Of a stretch of 56,155 nt of DNA, positions 39,401 to 48,112 are shown piece after piece. A program made the position numbers and the translations under genes. Numbering within the stretch: the stretch's first letter is position 1; each line of letters opens with the position of its first letter. The stretch is from positions 1 through 56,155 of the forward strand of contig JAFVEP010000024.1 in the NCBI GenBank assembly GCA_017475935.1, read 5' to 3'. Under the pieces are notes generated by a model. The model was not told the DNA's origin and did no database searches. It worked only from the letters and a program-made list of their open reading frames with translations. The DNA comes from Alphaproteobacteria bacterium (GTDB lineage: Bacteria; Pseudomonadota; Alphaproteobacteria; RF32; CAG-239).

Positions 39401-39832
39401 CATACAACAGACTTCGGTATTGCCGAAATCGTTCCAATGGCCGGATTCGATGTGTTGAACATTCATGCCGGTAAAATTTCCGAAAGCAACAACGGCTTAA
39501 AGATCAAGAGTAAAGATCTGACCTCAGCACAATCCATGCTCGGTCTGAGCTTGCGGAAAAAATTCATCACCGATAATTCCGAAACATTGGCCCTCGAAAT
39601 CGGCGGCAAGTACTACCGCGAATTCGGCGATAAAGATCGCTCAAAGGTCAGTGTTGCCGACGCTCAAGGCTACTACACCATTCGCGGCCGTCAAACACAG
39701 CGCGACTTCGGTTTACTGACCGCCAAGGGAGAATATACATACGGAAACATTGAAGCTACGGCTGAGCTGGGCGTTCCTTTGGAACAAAAAGCCAAACCTT
39801 TCGGTTTGTTCAGTATCGGTTATCGTTTTTAG
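30485..39832 (+). CDS. giant autotransporter-type surface protein (about 3115 aa): ankyrin N-terminus, hydrophobic lipobox-like segment, poly-Gly linker, repetitive passenger, C-terminal beta-barrel
   Basis: The single ORF opens at 30464. The ATG at 30485 has a better-spaced AGAAAGG. The passenger is dominated by N-x-G-x-I / YGIYA beta-strand repeats. The C-terminal region of about 300 aa is rich in alternating aromatic residues and ends ...FGLFSIGYRF, an OMP signature. Confidence 0.85.
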   Translation: MSENTLFTKVVCVATACCFAQSVMPKIAYGRGLDPVSFSRMYAVAQSGDVEGLRASVYRGMNIDAVNARGDTGLCVAARNRDSYTYNAFRAAGANPRHPCVQNIKGYEDFVESSNAVPVTATPRDAYGTLGKEEYKISSWVWWGLGGLIVTGIALGLAFSCGGGGGGGGDSGGSGSGESYNSLGAYAGKSGKVRKSTSGTATNTSSITWENSKTDKITAINLNNNVLSNTQYLDVILNAKKGGKYTNEQNKILKAGAGTVAMNAVKNSQTSNEGYINIDSYNASIGMIASELSTAVNNGRGIIDGSDTNGIDINFSGYKKDNVVIGMYADTSSTLTNNGDIKGSAVKATADPSSQQNTNNETGLVSNLTDGTSSSASTSSKGTLVGMEAMLINVGTDLSNKYVTLINNTGGKINLSAGDGGTETEVTVSMIGMGSWLDYNFMNSSQNINRAENVQIINKGDISLSYTGSYSTPSTTDLRKGLGGVVGMRGDARTSVLNYADARISITLDDYTAKSDNNSSSSQAQSGTEVAAGMQSVHGANLTNNGTISIITPSSNNRISYGLLSVEGSGTVSGLYTNLNQKLINNGNIQMEVSNSYGMASYNGGTLSNIGTITMGRAGTTTLYGKNVAMYGSGSSQETTMENTGTINLHSYKSTAMQNDYPGGTVMYNKGIINIERSATDSYVFGGAYSEAHNSKTINYYATASNEGSSGSESSAIGTDDAPFANIKTPVGISAVSTKAQTADGKENSDGSKTEKIYNDQGASILLSGAAYVSALSVETAQGRAENNGTITIQDSDVKNAVDSVGMYMDASTISSARITNGANGVIKTNSRFSKAMMSLSPAISAMVNNGKIEANAEYSFGMFADGKSLVNNTSTGQIQLNNNNSAAIYVKGASTINNDGTLNVGQRAQGLMNSYGIYLDGDAAEATNSGIINVYADKKRNTNVTAAILLNKNATVKNKNMIHVNSGGAYGIYAKAGEGSSIINETEGSIVVGTRTTSVSDSYAIYAAEGANASITNNGTITLNNNGKAYAIYALGESSVINNGIINLENDNGTAISVANGTASNKNTLNLLHNNNVGLELNGEGEIINEEGSVINVGNASSFNVSNISQGNAAMSNTAEAKGTITNKGEIVIDNKNSSSDNTGIRVIESADSDSEGGESSSVTVNNNGVLRALTGYTTAITAGKNTTVNNDGTITILANSYGIKSIGETGSFTFTNHNNGIINVNGNNSKGVYAENGTINNYGKILVGNYTGSNGIETYGKVSGINNYGTIKVTGNSSNGIYVYPVGGQTLTIANGAGAVLEGGFASVNAKNVGAVTITNDGKIRNAQYGIYATEGASELTITNNDELSGTIAAIYAETNTSVDIKNIGTITNGIYLVPKRDGVKISITNTGTITGSALTKNYGIYINNSGFTPSEESGYYFEDKDLGGATCTTAQGVQWCYKKKEGGDGEQGGGGEQGGGGEQGGGGEQGGGGEQDPYTNSKTVNVPENKIGFSFTNGNDFTFTNSKDTGVINIIGANAKGVYATSGTINNKGKITIGNYADSYGIYAEGNVKAINNTGSITVNNAASSAIYAAPIGGSSIAITNGVGGILSGGFASINANNVGAVNITNSGTISGAKYGIYSTQGASPLTIINNNALGGTIAGIYAESNSNINITNLSTITNGIFLVPKTENVGITINNSGTITNNTGKVEINGQLILDSQNYGIYIYQSDFNRAYTFDNLGGATWGTNRFEPDDPSIVADLSNNEKVIVAKKASENPKHLASPGFQILENRIFINDSNGHIAFAPNSDSDRLYGINALMGTIINRGVIDAQCPIGNCWAISGGRHISSIKNYGTIKGEIVLRDLESDATLVNGKNGNIVSDTFAINAKNGSKLTILNDGIISKTEHATSESSVSYYAIDTYGISQVTIKNNSKITSSSATTIHAREVNDIEIYNTGTIESPDTDFVEAIYIEANNSIKITNTGSIIGGIYLVPKNTSTTIDLYNSGTMSGGPRRHEANIYIAPDGFTKEYTFTNLGSATCGPSGTCIVQAPEPEETDTGTGTGTGTGTGTGTGTGTGTSGDNTGSFDPYDSSIVASETNNEDIRVDSIQDDGTAFSTNAIVNGIEITGKSNSFVFENKGKITVQRSSSHGIIADSGTIINLGTIQLDGSYADQFDPNYESGKANYRKDLKGILGREDVKAIKNYGTINIEGNPQGHNYGITASQLNSPFVITNGVGGSIAGPAQSSIYVTDTGYPVTVNNDGTISGAKEYGIYVATTSDININNSGTLEGTVAAIYAATNKNISLTNTGTITNGVYLYMGSEDATIQIHNTGTITGSAKTHNVGIYIDHAYEKDYGITSADLGGASCLTSNGKCISDTGTEQGGGTDTTLEPSTGPFVAPDDPSIVADQSNSATVSLNYAKDKGFTIQNQDNSYVFINEETGIINVNKNESAIAADSGTIINRGQINVAAGVGIGIDVSKNIRAIKNYGTIQAREGTAISAGNLTSDLTVSNGFNGVIEGEEKPVYINNTSNAVSLTVLNDGQIRSKGYAIYAINDNGLITIKNHGTIIGDSDNTGNYTAVYARSAVGFNITNSGTITNGIYLFPKSENATINIKNTGTITGNAKTQNFGIYIMNSSIVPELRPYYNLTSADLGSATCSTAQGSEYCGSAPVGNNNVGTSSFTKKMYTLKILNTGTIANSGEMNFGDDQDPNISVGAGGQYQADSFTGTVGADSSIVESGFDTTYVNENSFVGTDKGIVVKSKSYMFNADKQANANGNTDVVMTMKSIDSVVDDQKIAGYLTQNYENQKGEVLFASLKSAATKKAFAQNLNRDLGFNMIPNLIKQNTDTEKVIHREITDALFASDRDGAHIKMLTYQRRAGTKSGALGYKDKVSGAFGFYQHTLSNGIRTALGFDIYRAVSSYNDDSSRYHNAAEIFAPIMLGSRENALMFKPKAGFTRGHYRRRSAYDAHKARTKEYYYGADTQFEHTTDFGIAEIVPMAGFDVLNIHAGKISESNNGLKIKSKDLTSAQSMLGLSLRKKFITDNSETLALEIGGKYYREFGDKDRSKVSVADAQGYYTIRGRQTQRDFGLLTAKGEYTYGNIEATAELGVPLEQKAKPFGLFSIGYRF
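34829..34918 (+). repeat. perfect 18-nt tandem repeat, 4.5 copies, encoding (GEQGGG)n
   Basis: ggagaacaaggcggaggc begins at 34838, 34856, 34874 and 34892, with a half copy at 34910. Confidence 0.95.
36611..36673 (+). repeat. imperfect 6-nt repeat encoding (TG)10 T
   Basis: The run accggtacaggtacgggcacaggcacaggtacgggtacagga... uses mixed codons, so it is not a pure microsatellite. Confidence 0.9.
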
Positions 39833-39843
39833 GCTGAAAAAAC

Positions 39844-40719
39844 TTATTTGAGGGCTTCTGAGGCCGAGATCACATCGATCAGCTCATCGGTGATCATCTC
39901 TTGGCGTTTCTGCTGAAATTCCAAATCCAGAGCCGCCAGATTTTCATCAATATTTTTTTCGGCATTCTGCATGTTTGTCATACGCGTGTAATGTTCGGCC
40001 GCAAGCGAATAATTCAGCTGACTGGACACGGCCGCAAGCAATGATTCGTTAATCAAAGCCGGCAGAAGCTGTTCTTGAGCCAAGGTAATCAACGGAATAT
40101 TGTTTGTCGGCCATGGCTTATCTTTCAGCCGTTTTAATACAGAAAAGTCAAAAGGCAGAATCTGCCGCTTTTCGACGCTGACGGAAGAATTTTTACTATG
40201 TTTATGAAACCATACCGTCACCGTATTGATATGTTTCAGACGGATCGCCTCATCAATCTTGATAATAATCGTTTCCGCCAAAGAATTGACCGCCTTAACC
40301 GAATTGGAAACGCTGTATCTGCCGTAAACATCTAAGTTTTGTTGTTCGGCAAGCATCATCAAACGCTTACCGATAATCAGGAACAAAACATTTTTCACGT
40401 CAATCTTTTTCTTTTGCAATTCAGCCGCGGCTTTTTCCATAATTTCCCGATTAAATTTGCCGACCATACCGTTATCCGAACCGATCAAAATGACCAGATG
40501 TTTTTGCTGCGCCGTTTTTTGTTTCGGCTGCAACGGAACGCCGAATTTTTGCACATACGCGTGAAAAGCATCACGCAGATTGCGCCGATACTGATCCAAG
40601 GCTCGATTAGCCTGTTCATATTGCAATATGCTGACCGAAGAAAGCGTTTTCATGGTATTGACAATACCACGTAAATCCTGTGTATTTTTAATTTTTCGCT
40701 GCAGCAATTCAAGCGTCAT
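39844..40719 (-). CDS. atpG: N-type ATPase gamma subunit
   Basis: 291 aa gamma-like protein, the last gene of the atpDCQRBEFAG operon. Confidence 0.85.
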   Translation of the reverse strand: MTLELLQRKIKNTQDLRGIVNTMKTLSSVSILQYEQANRALDQYRRNLRDAFHAYVQKFGVPLQPKQKTAQQKHLVILIGSDNGMVGKFNREIMEKAAAELQKKKIDVKNVLFLIIGKRLMMLAEQQNLDVYGRYSVSNSVKAVNSLAETIIIKIDEAIRLKHINTVTVWFHKHSKNSSVSVEKRQILPFDFSVLKRLKDKPWPTNNIPLITLAQEQLLPALINESLLAAVSSQLNYSLAAEHYTRMTNMQNAEKNIDENLAALDLEFQQKRQEMITDELIDVISASEALK

Positions 40720-42229
40720 CGGCGATTAATCCTTCACGAAGCAAAGCCTGCCGAAACGCGGCAATCATTTCATTTTGACGTTCAGAAGATATTTTTTGCC
40801 GTTCCTCTATTGCCTTTGCTTCTCGAGCAAACTGTGTGTTAAAAATCCGCAAAACCGAAGCCTGCGCCGGCACAAAATTTTGTGCGGACAGCTGATCGAA
40901 CAAACCGGCATTTGTCGCCATAAACACGGCAATTTGATCAGATGCCGCCAGTGTTTGATACTGCCTTTGCTCCAAAACGGACCGAATTGCCTGACCGCGG
41001 CGAATGCGGTTCCTTGTTTCTTGATCAAGCTGTGTACCGAAACGGCTGAAAGATTCCAGCTCTTCAAACTGCGAATAGAACAATTTCAACGGACCGATCA
41101 AACTTTTATAAGCCGGAAGCTGCGCATCACCGCCCACACGCGAAACAGAACGGCCGATATCAATCGCCGGCATAATACCTTTTTGAAACAAATTGGCGGA
41201 CAGATAAATTTGCCCATCGGTGATTGAAATAATATTCGTCGGAATAAACGCCGAAATATTTCCCGCTTCGGTCGAAACAATCGGCAGGGCCGTCAGCGAT
41301 CCGCCGCCAGCTTCGGGACGCAAATGCGTCGCCCGCTCTAAAAGTCGGGAATGAATATAAAAGATATCTCCCGGAAAAGCTTCTCTTCCCGGTGGTCTTC
41401 TCAACAGCAAAGACATTTGCCGATAAGCTCTGGCATGATTGGTCAAGTCATCATAAACGACCAAAACATCACGCCCCCGATGCATAAAATATTCTCCGAT
41501 AGACGTTGCGGCATAAGGCGCAATATACTGCATACCGGCTTCATCATCAGCGGCGGCGCAAACCACAATACACTGATCTGACACTCCGTATTTTTCCAAA
41601 TCGGCAATCACACCGGCCACTGCCGAATTACGCTGCCCGATGGCACAATAAATACAAATAACATCTTTATCTTTTTGATGAATAATCGCATCGAGCGCCA
41701 AGGCCGTCTTTCCGGTCTGGCGATCACCTAAAATCAGTTCGCGTTGTCCGCGCCCGATCGGCACAAATGCATCAACGGCTTTAATCCCTGTTTCCAGCGG
41801 CTGATCAACCGGAGCCCGATCCATAATCGGCGCCGAATCAACCTCCACCGGACATCGGTTTTGCGCCGATATCGGCCCTTTACCATCTAGCGGCAAACCG
41901 ATCGGATTAATCACCCGCCCCAACAATGAATCGGAAACAGGAACATCAACCACCCTGCCCGTTCGATAAACCATATCACCGGCTTTAACAGAATCCGGAT
42001 TATTCAAAAACACTGCACCGACCGTGTCGCGATTAAGCGTTTGCACCATAGCGAAAACATCATCGGAAAACTTCAGCAACTCATTCATCTGTGCGTGTGC
42101 CAATCCCTTAATCAGCGCTGTTCCGGACGAAATAGACGACACAACACTGACCTCCTCATGTTTCAATTCGGCCTTGGTATTTTTAATGCTCTGATCAATC
42201 GCATTGAAGGTGTTTTTTATATCAAGCAT
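40709..42229 (-). CDS. atpA: N-type ATPase alpha subunit
   Basis: Walker A GDRQTGKT, 506 aa. Confidence 0.95.
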   Translation of the reverse strand: MLDIKNTFNAIDQSIKNTKAELKHEEVSVVSSISSGTALIKGLAHAQMNELLKFSDDVFAMVQTLNRDTVGAVFLNNPDSVKAGDMVYRTGRVVDVPVSDSLLGRVINPIGLPLDGKGPISAQNRCPVEVDSAPIMDRAPVDQPLETGIKAVDAFVPIGRGQRELILGDRQTGKTALALDAIIHQKDKDVICIYCAIGQRNSAVAGVIADLEKYGVSDQCIVVCAAADDEAGMQYIAPYAATSIGEYFMHRGRDVLVVYDDLTNHARAYRQMSLLLRRPPGREAFPGDIFYIHSRLLERATHLRPEAGGGSLTALPIVSTEAGNISAFIPTNIISITDGQIYLSANLFQKGIMPAIDIGRSVSRVGGDAQLPAYKSLIGPLKLFYSQFEELESFSRFGTQLDQETRNRIRRGQAIRSVLEQRQYQTLAASDQIAVFMATNAGLFDQLSAQNFVPAQASVLRIFNTQFAREAKAIEERQKISSERQNEMIAAFRQALLREGLIADDA

Positions 42230-43004
42230 TTTTCCCTCTGTTTAACAAGTTTTCCAACTGATCGCTCATCTGCTTGTGAAAATTTTCCATATAAGAAGCC
42301 AAGTTCCACGAAATCATCTGATCACGAACGCGTAAGGCAATACCGCATATCAGCGCAGAATCTTGCGCAAAAGTGATTTCCGCCGAGCGATCAACCTGCA
42401 GGCTGTTATGCATAAAATGCGTTAAATCTTTTTGCAAAGAATCGTTAAGCGGCAGCGCCGATAAAATTTTAATTTGACGATCTGTTTTTAATGCCGCCGC
42501 AATCTGTTTTTTTTCCTCATCGTCAAGCGTTTCTATTTTTTGCTTAAATTTCTCGACAATCAGCGCATGCAAAGACAAATCCGCCATTTGTTCCAACGCA
42601 CCGCGCGCAAAGGCATCAAAATGTTCCACAACAAGATTTTGCAGAGCCAATTCGAGTGTTTTTTGTTCGGCAAGCAGTTTATTTTTCCACTGCAAGCGGG
42701 CATTTTCATACTCCTTGTGAGCTTCTGCCGCAAGCTTCTGAGCCAATTCTTGCGCATGTTCTTGGGTTTGATCCAGAATAACCTGACGTTGCCGATCAAT
42801 ATCAGCCATTTTGGCCGAACATTCTTTAGAAAGTTTCAAAGCACGCGCATGTTCATCAGCAGCTTTTTGCAATTCGCTTTTAATCACTTTCTGCCGTTCT
42901 TCTACAATTTTCAAAACCGGTAAATACAAAAATTTACGCAGCAAAAAAAGCAAAAGCAACAGATTAAAAATTTGTGCAATCAGTGTAAAAAAATCTATAC
43001 TCAT
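42222..43004 (-). CDS. atpF: N-type ATPase b subunit (long form, 260 aa; no separate delta gene)
   Basis: N-terminal TM helix FFTLIAQIFNLLLLLFLL, then a long charged helix. No delta gene is present in the operon. Confidence 0.8.
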   Translation of the reverse strand: MSIDFFTLIAQIFNLLLLLFLLRKFLYLPVLKIVEERQKVIKSELQKAADEHARALKLSKECSAKMADIDRQRQVILDQTQEHAQELAQKLAAEAHKEYENARLQWKNKLLAEQKTLELALQNLVVEHFDAFARGALEQMADLSLHALIVEKFKQKIETLDDEEKKQIAAALKTDRQIKILSALPLNDSLQKDLTHFMHNSLQVDRSAEITFAQDSALICGIALRVRDQMISWNLASYMENFHKQMSDQLENLLNRGKNA

Positions 43005-43028
43005 TTTTCTTTCACAGTCCCGAGCGAA

Positions 43029-43298
43029 TTATTGGCTGATTGCATAATTCCAAAACGGATTTGCATAAAGCGCCAAAAACGCAATCAGCAAAGCATAAAG
43101 TGCTGTTGTTTCAATCATGGCAAGCGAAACAAACATTGTCGAGCGAATACGGCTGGCTTCGTCCGGTTGCTGAGCCATCGCCTGCAGAGCCGTCGCGGCG
43201 GCATGTCCTTCACCGAGTGCCGAGCCGATCGAGCCTATGCCCATACACAGACAGGCTCCCAAAATTGATACAGCACCTATAATCGCATATGAATCCAT
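43029..43298 (-). CDS. atpE: N-type ATPase c subunit
   Basis: 89-aa hairpin protein aligning without gaps to known c subunits, with the loop QQPDEA and the helix-2 motif IETTALY. Confidence 0.9.
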   Translation of the reverse strand: MDSYAIIGAVSILGACLCMGIGSIGSALGEGHAAATALQAMAQQPDEASRIRSTMFVSLAMIETTALYALLIAFLALYANPFWNYAISQ

Positions 43299-43315
43299 CT
43301 TACACCTCCATCTAG

Positions 43316-44053
43316 TTAAGTTAAATTTTCAGGTTCAATTTCTTCTTTGACGGCTGAAGAATAAACCACCGCCAGCAAAGCAAAAATATACGCTTGTATT
43401 GATCCGGTCAAAAGACCGAGAGTTTGCATCGTCAGCGGCGCCACAATCGGCACAAACGCACTTAAAATACTGGCAAACATCACACCGCTGAGCATATTGC
43501 CGAACAAACGCAAACCCATCGCAAAAATCGAGAAAAATTCGCTGAAAATGTTCATCGGCAGCATCAGCGGAATCGGATCAATAAATTTTTTCAAATACCC
43601 TTTAATTCCGGCATTTTTAATTGAAAAATACGGAATGGCCAGAAAGACAACTCCGGCCAGAGCCATGGTCGTACTCAGCGAGGCTGTCGGCGGTCGAAAC
43701 CATGGAATAAAGGTCAAAAGATTTGATACCAAAATAAAACAAAACAACCCCATCGCCATACCGAGATACTGATTAGTTTTCGAACCGCTTGTTTCGTTTG
43801 CTTCTTTTTGCAGCCAAAGAACCATCGTTTCAATCAATGTTTGCGCTTTTGAAACCTCTTTGCCGCAAGTCAAATGCCGCGTAATCAGCCACGAAATCAG
43901 CACAATCAGCGCCATCACAATCCAACTGTTAAAAATCGTGACATTGATGTAGATATTATCCCACGAAAAAAGATGAATGCTGTCATAATTATCCAAGCCG
44001 ATTTTTTTATCGGTGACCGGAATATCAAGCCAGCGAGAAAAATCAACGTTCAT
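43316..44053 (-). CDS. atpB: N-type ATPase a subunit
   Basis: Polytopic protein with the conserved Arg region GLRLFGNMLSG. Start placed at MNVDF (44053), preceded by GGAGAAAAAA. The ORF extends to 44113. Confidence 0.85.
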   Translation of the reverse strand: MNVDFSRWLDIPVTDKKIGLDNYDSIHLFSWDNIYINVTIFNSWIVMALIVLISWLITRHLTCGKEVSKAQTLIETMVLWLQKEANETSGSKTNQYLGMAMGLFCFILVSNLLTFIPWFRPPTASLSTTMALAGVVFLAIPYFSIKNAGIKGYLKKFIDPIPLMLPMNIFSEFFSIFAMGLRLFGNMLSGVMFASILSAFVPIVAPLTMQTLGLLTGSIQAYIFALLAVVYSSAVKEEIEPENLT

Positions 44054-44390
44054 TTTTTTCTCCGCTGCGGCTGACATCATGGACAATTCGGCGTTTTTCG
44101 ACCCAAATGACAAGAATTTTCATCAAAAAGAACGCGACTAAATAAATCAAAATCAACGAAATCTGCCGATGTCCGACCAGAATCAACACACCGAAAAACA
44201 AAGCAATCCGGCAAATAGCCACGCTGGCAAACATAGAAATACGATGCTTACTTGTATTTAATTTTTTAATGCTCCAGCGCAAGCTTTCAAAATAAATCAT
44301 ACCGACACCGGCCCCGCAGATTGCCGCCACAATCATACGCCACAGGGATGATTCGGAAAACAAATAGTGCAGAATATCATTTATTTCCAT
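44043..44390 (-). CDS. atpR: N-ATPase accessory subunit AtpR (three TM helices)
   Basis: 115 aa with three hydrophobic helices carrying embedded Arg residues. Its position between atpQ and atpB is diagnostic. Confidence 0.7.
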   Translation of the reverse strand: MEINDILHYLFSESSLWRMIVAAICGAGVGMIYFESLRWSIKKLNTSKHRISMFASVAICRIALFFGVLILVGHRQISLILIYLVAFFLMKILVIWVEKRRIVHDVSRSGEKNER

Positions 44391-44393
44391 AAG

Positions 44394-44697
44394 CTATAAT
44401 CTCCTATCCGAACCTATTTTTTCAATTTTTTCATTTTCGATTTTAATCCAAAAATACGCATTGCCTATCCCCCAGATAAAGCCGAGAAACAGTCCGGTCA
44501 AGCGCCACGAAAAATGCTGAGGCCAAACTTCATCCAAGTAACCGCCGCCGAATATACCGAGAACAATCGGCGTAATAATCACACCACTCAAAGACGCAAT
44601 CATACCGAAATTAGTCCGCCAGCGCTGACGCGGCCGATTTTCCATTGTTTGCGCCTTGCGCACCAATTTATCGCGAATTTGGCTTTGCACCGAGTGA

Positions 44698-44711
<14 letters not shown>
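44394..44711 (-). CDS. atpQ: N-ATPase accessory subunit AtpQ (AtpZ/AtpI-like, two TM helices)
   Basis: 105 aa with two TM helices. Its position directly after atpC is diagnostic. Confidence 0.7.
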
Positions 44712-46966
<2,255 letters not shown>

Positions 46967-47057
46967 TTTCTCCGCTGATCTATAACTTCATAGCATATTG
47001 GAATAGACATTTCAATCATTATATCTCAGCCGTCAACACATTTCAAAAGGAGAACAC

Positions 47058-47291
47058 ATGTCAAAGTTTTTAATTTTAGCCGCCGGTATTTTCATGTTCG
47101 CGTCAGCCGCTCATGCCGGTCAAAATATCCGCCGCCTGCCGGAATATCAAAATATTGATTTGCAAGCGCGCACATCATTACAAAAGTGTTTGGATGATAA
47201 AACCAACAGCATTGAGCATTGCATGCACAAAACCAAAAAAATGCTCAAGCATGAAAAGAAAAAACTCAAGCACCCAAATGCTGAAAATTAA
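47058..47291 (+). CDS. small secreted basic protein (77 aa)
   Basis: Signal peptide MSKFLILAAGIFMFASAAHA, an AAAGGAGAA RBS and a terminator downstream. Confidence 0.55.
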   Translation: MSKFLILAAGIFMFASAAHAGQNIRRLPEYQNIDLQARTSLQKCLDDKTNSIEHCMHKTKKMLKHEKKKLKHPNAEN

Positions 47292-47310
47292 GAGCATTTC
47301 TACTCTAACA

Positions 47311-47348
47311 AAAATCACTTTTTTGCCAAACGCAAGAAAGTGATTTTT
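47311..47348 (+). terminator. rho-independent terminator
   Basis: Perfect 11-bp stem AAAATCACTTT/AAAGTGATTTT. The T-rich tail is interrupted. Confidence 0.6.
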
Positions 47349-47437
47349 CGCATATTTTAAAAAATGCTTGTTTTTTTGCCGCAAGCTGATATGCTATAGA
47401 AAGTTTTTTTACAGATTTTTATAAGGAGAATATCAGA

Positions 47438-48052
47438 ATGAAAACCAAAACAACCCAATCCGGAAGAAGTATGATCGAGATGCTCGGCGTCTTGGCCATC
47501 ATCGGCGTATTATCGGTGGGTGGCATCGCCGGCTATTCCAAAGCCATGAGCAAATACCGCATTAATAAAACGGCAGATCAGGTTGCCCAAATAATCAATG
47601 GTGTGCGTACGCTCTATAGCGGGCAAAAAAACTATGCCGGTATTAACAACACTGTTCTGCGCAAGGCCAAAATCTTACCGGAATCGGCTTTTGAAAGCTC
47701 TACATCTAATAACGCCACCAACCCATTCGGCGGTAGTTTTTCGATTAACGCAACGGGTAGAAAAATCCACGACGATCAAAAGGCTGCTACGTTGATGGTA
47801 TATGATATACCTGAAGATGCATGCATTGAACTCGCCACGCAAGATTGGGGCGCCGGCGAAGGCTTGTTTGCTGTAGCGCTCGGCTCTCCATCCCAATATT
47901 TAGATGGCTGCTCGGGTTCTTTTGATAATGGTTCATCCATTCTAGTAGGATGCGCTGGCGGATCAACTGTTTCTCTCCCGATACCGGTTGATAAAGCTAC
48001 GAATGCTTGTTCAATAGGTAGTAATCTGCGTATAAGTTTCTTCTTTTACTGA
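47438..48052 (+). CDS. type IV pilin / pseudopilin-like protein
   Basis: Class III signal MKTKTTQSG|RSMIEMLGVLAIIGVLSVGGIAGY with G at -1 and E at +5. The C-domain has paired Cys residues. TAAGGAGAA RBS. Confidence 0.8.
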   Translation: MKTKTTQSGRSMIEMLGVLAIIGVLSVGGIAGYSKAMSKYRINKTADQVAQIINGVRTLYSGQKNYAGINNTVLRKAKILPESAFESSTSNNATNPFGGSFSINATGRKIHDDQKAATLMVYDIPEDACIELATQDWGAGEGLFAVALGSPSQYLDGCSGSFDNGSSILVGCAGGSTVSLPIPVDKATNACSIGSNLRISFFFY

Positions 48053-48062
48053 TTTTACCATC

Positions 48063-48098
48063 AAAAAAACCTCGCCTTGCAACAGGCGAGGTTTTTTT
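48063..48098. terminator. bidirectional rho-independent terminator between convergent genes
   Basis: A7, then CCTCGCC, loop ttgcaaca, GGCGAGG, then T7. Confidence 0.85.
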
Positions 48099-48112
48099 AT
48101 ATACATCAGCAC

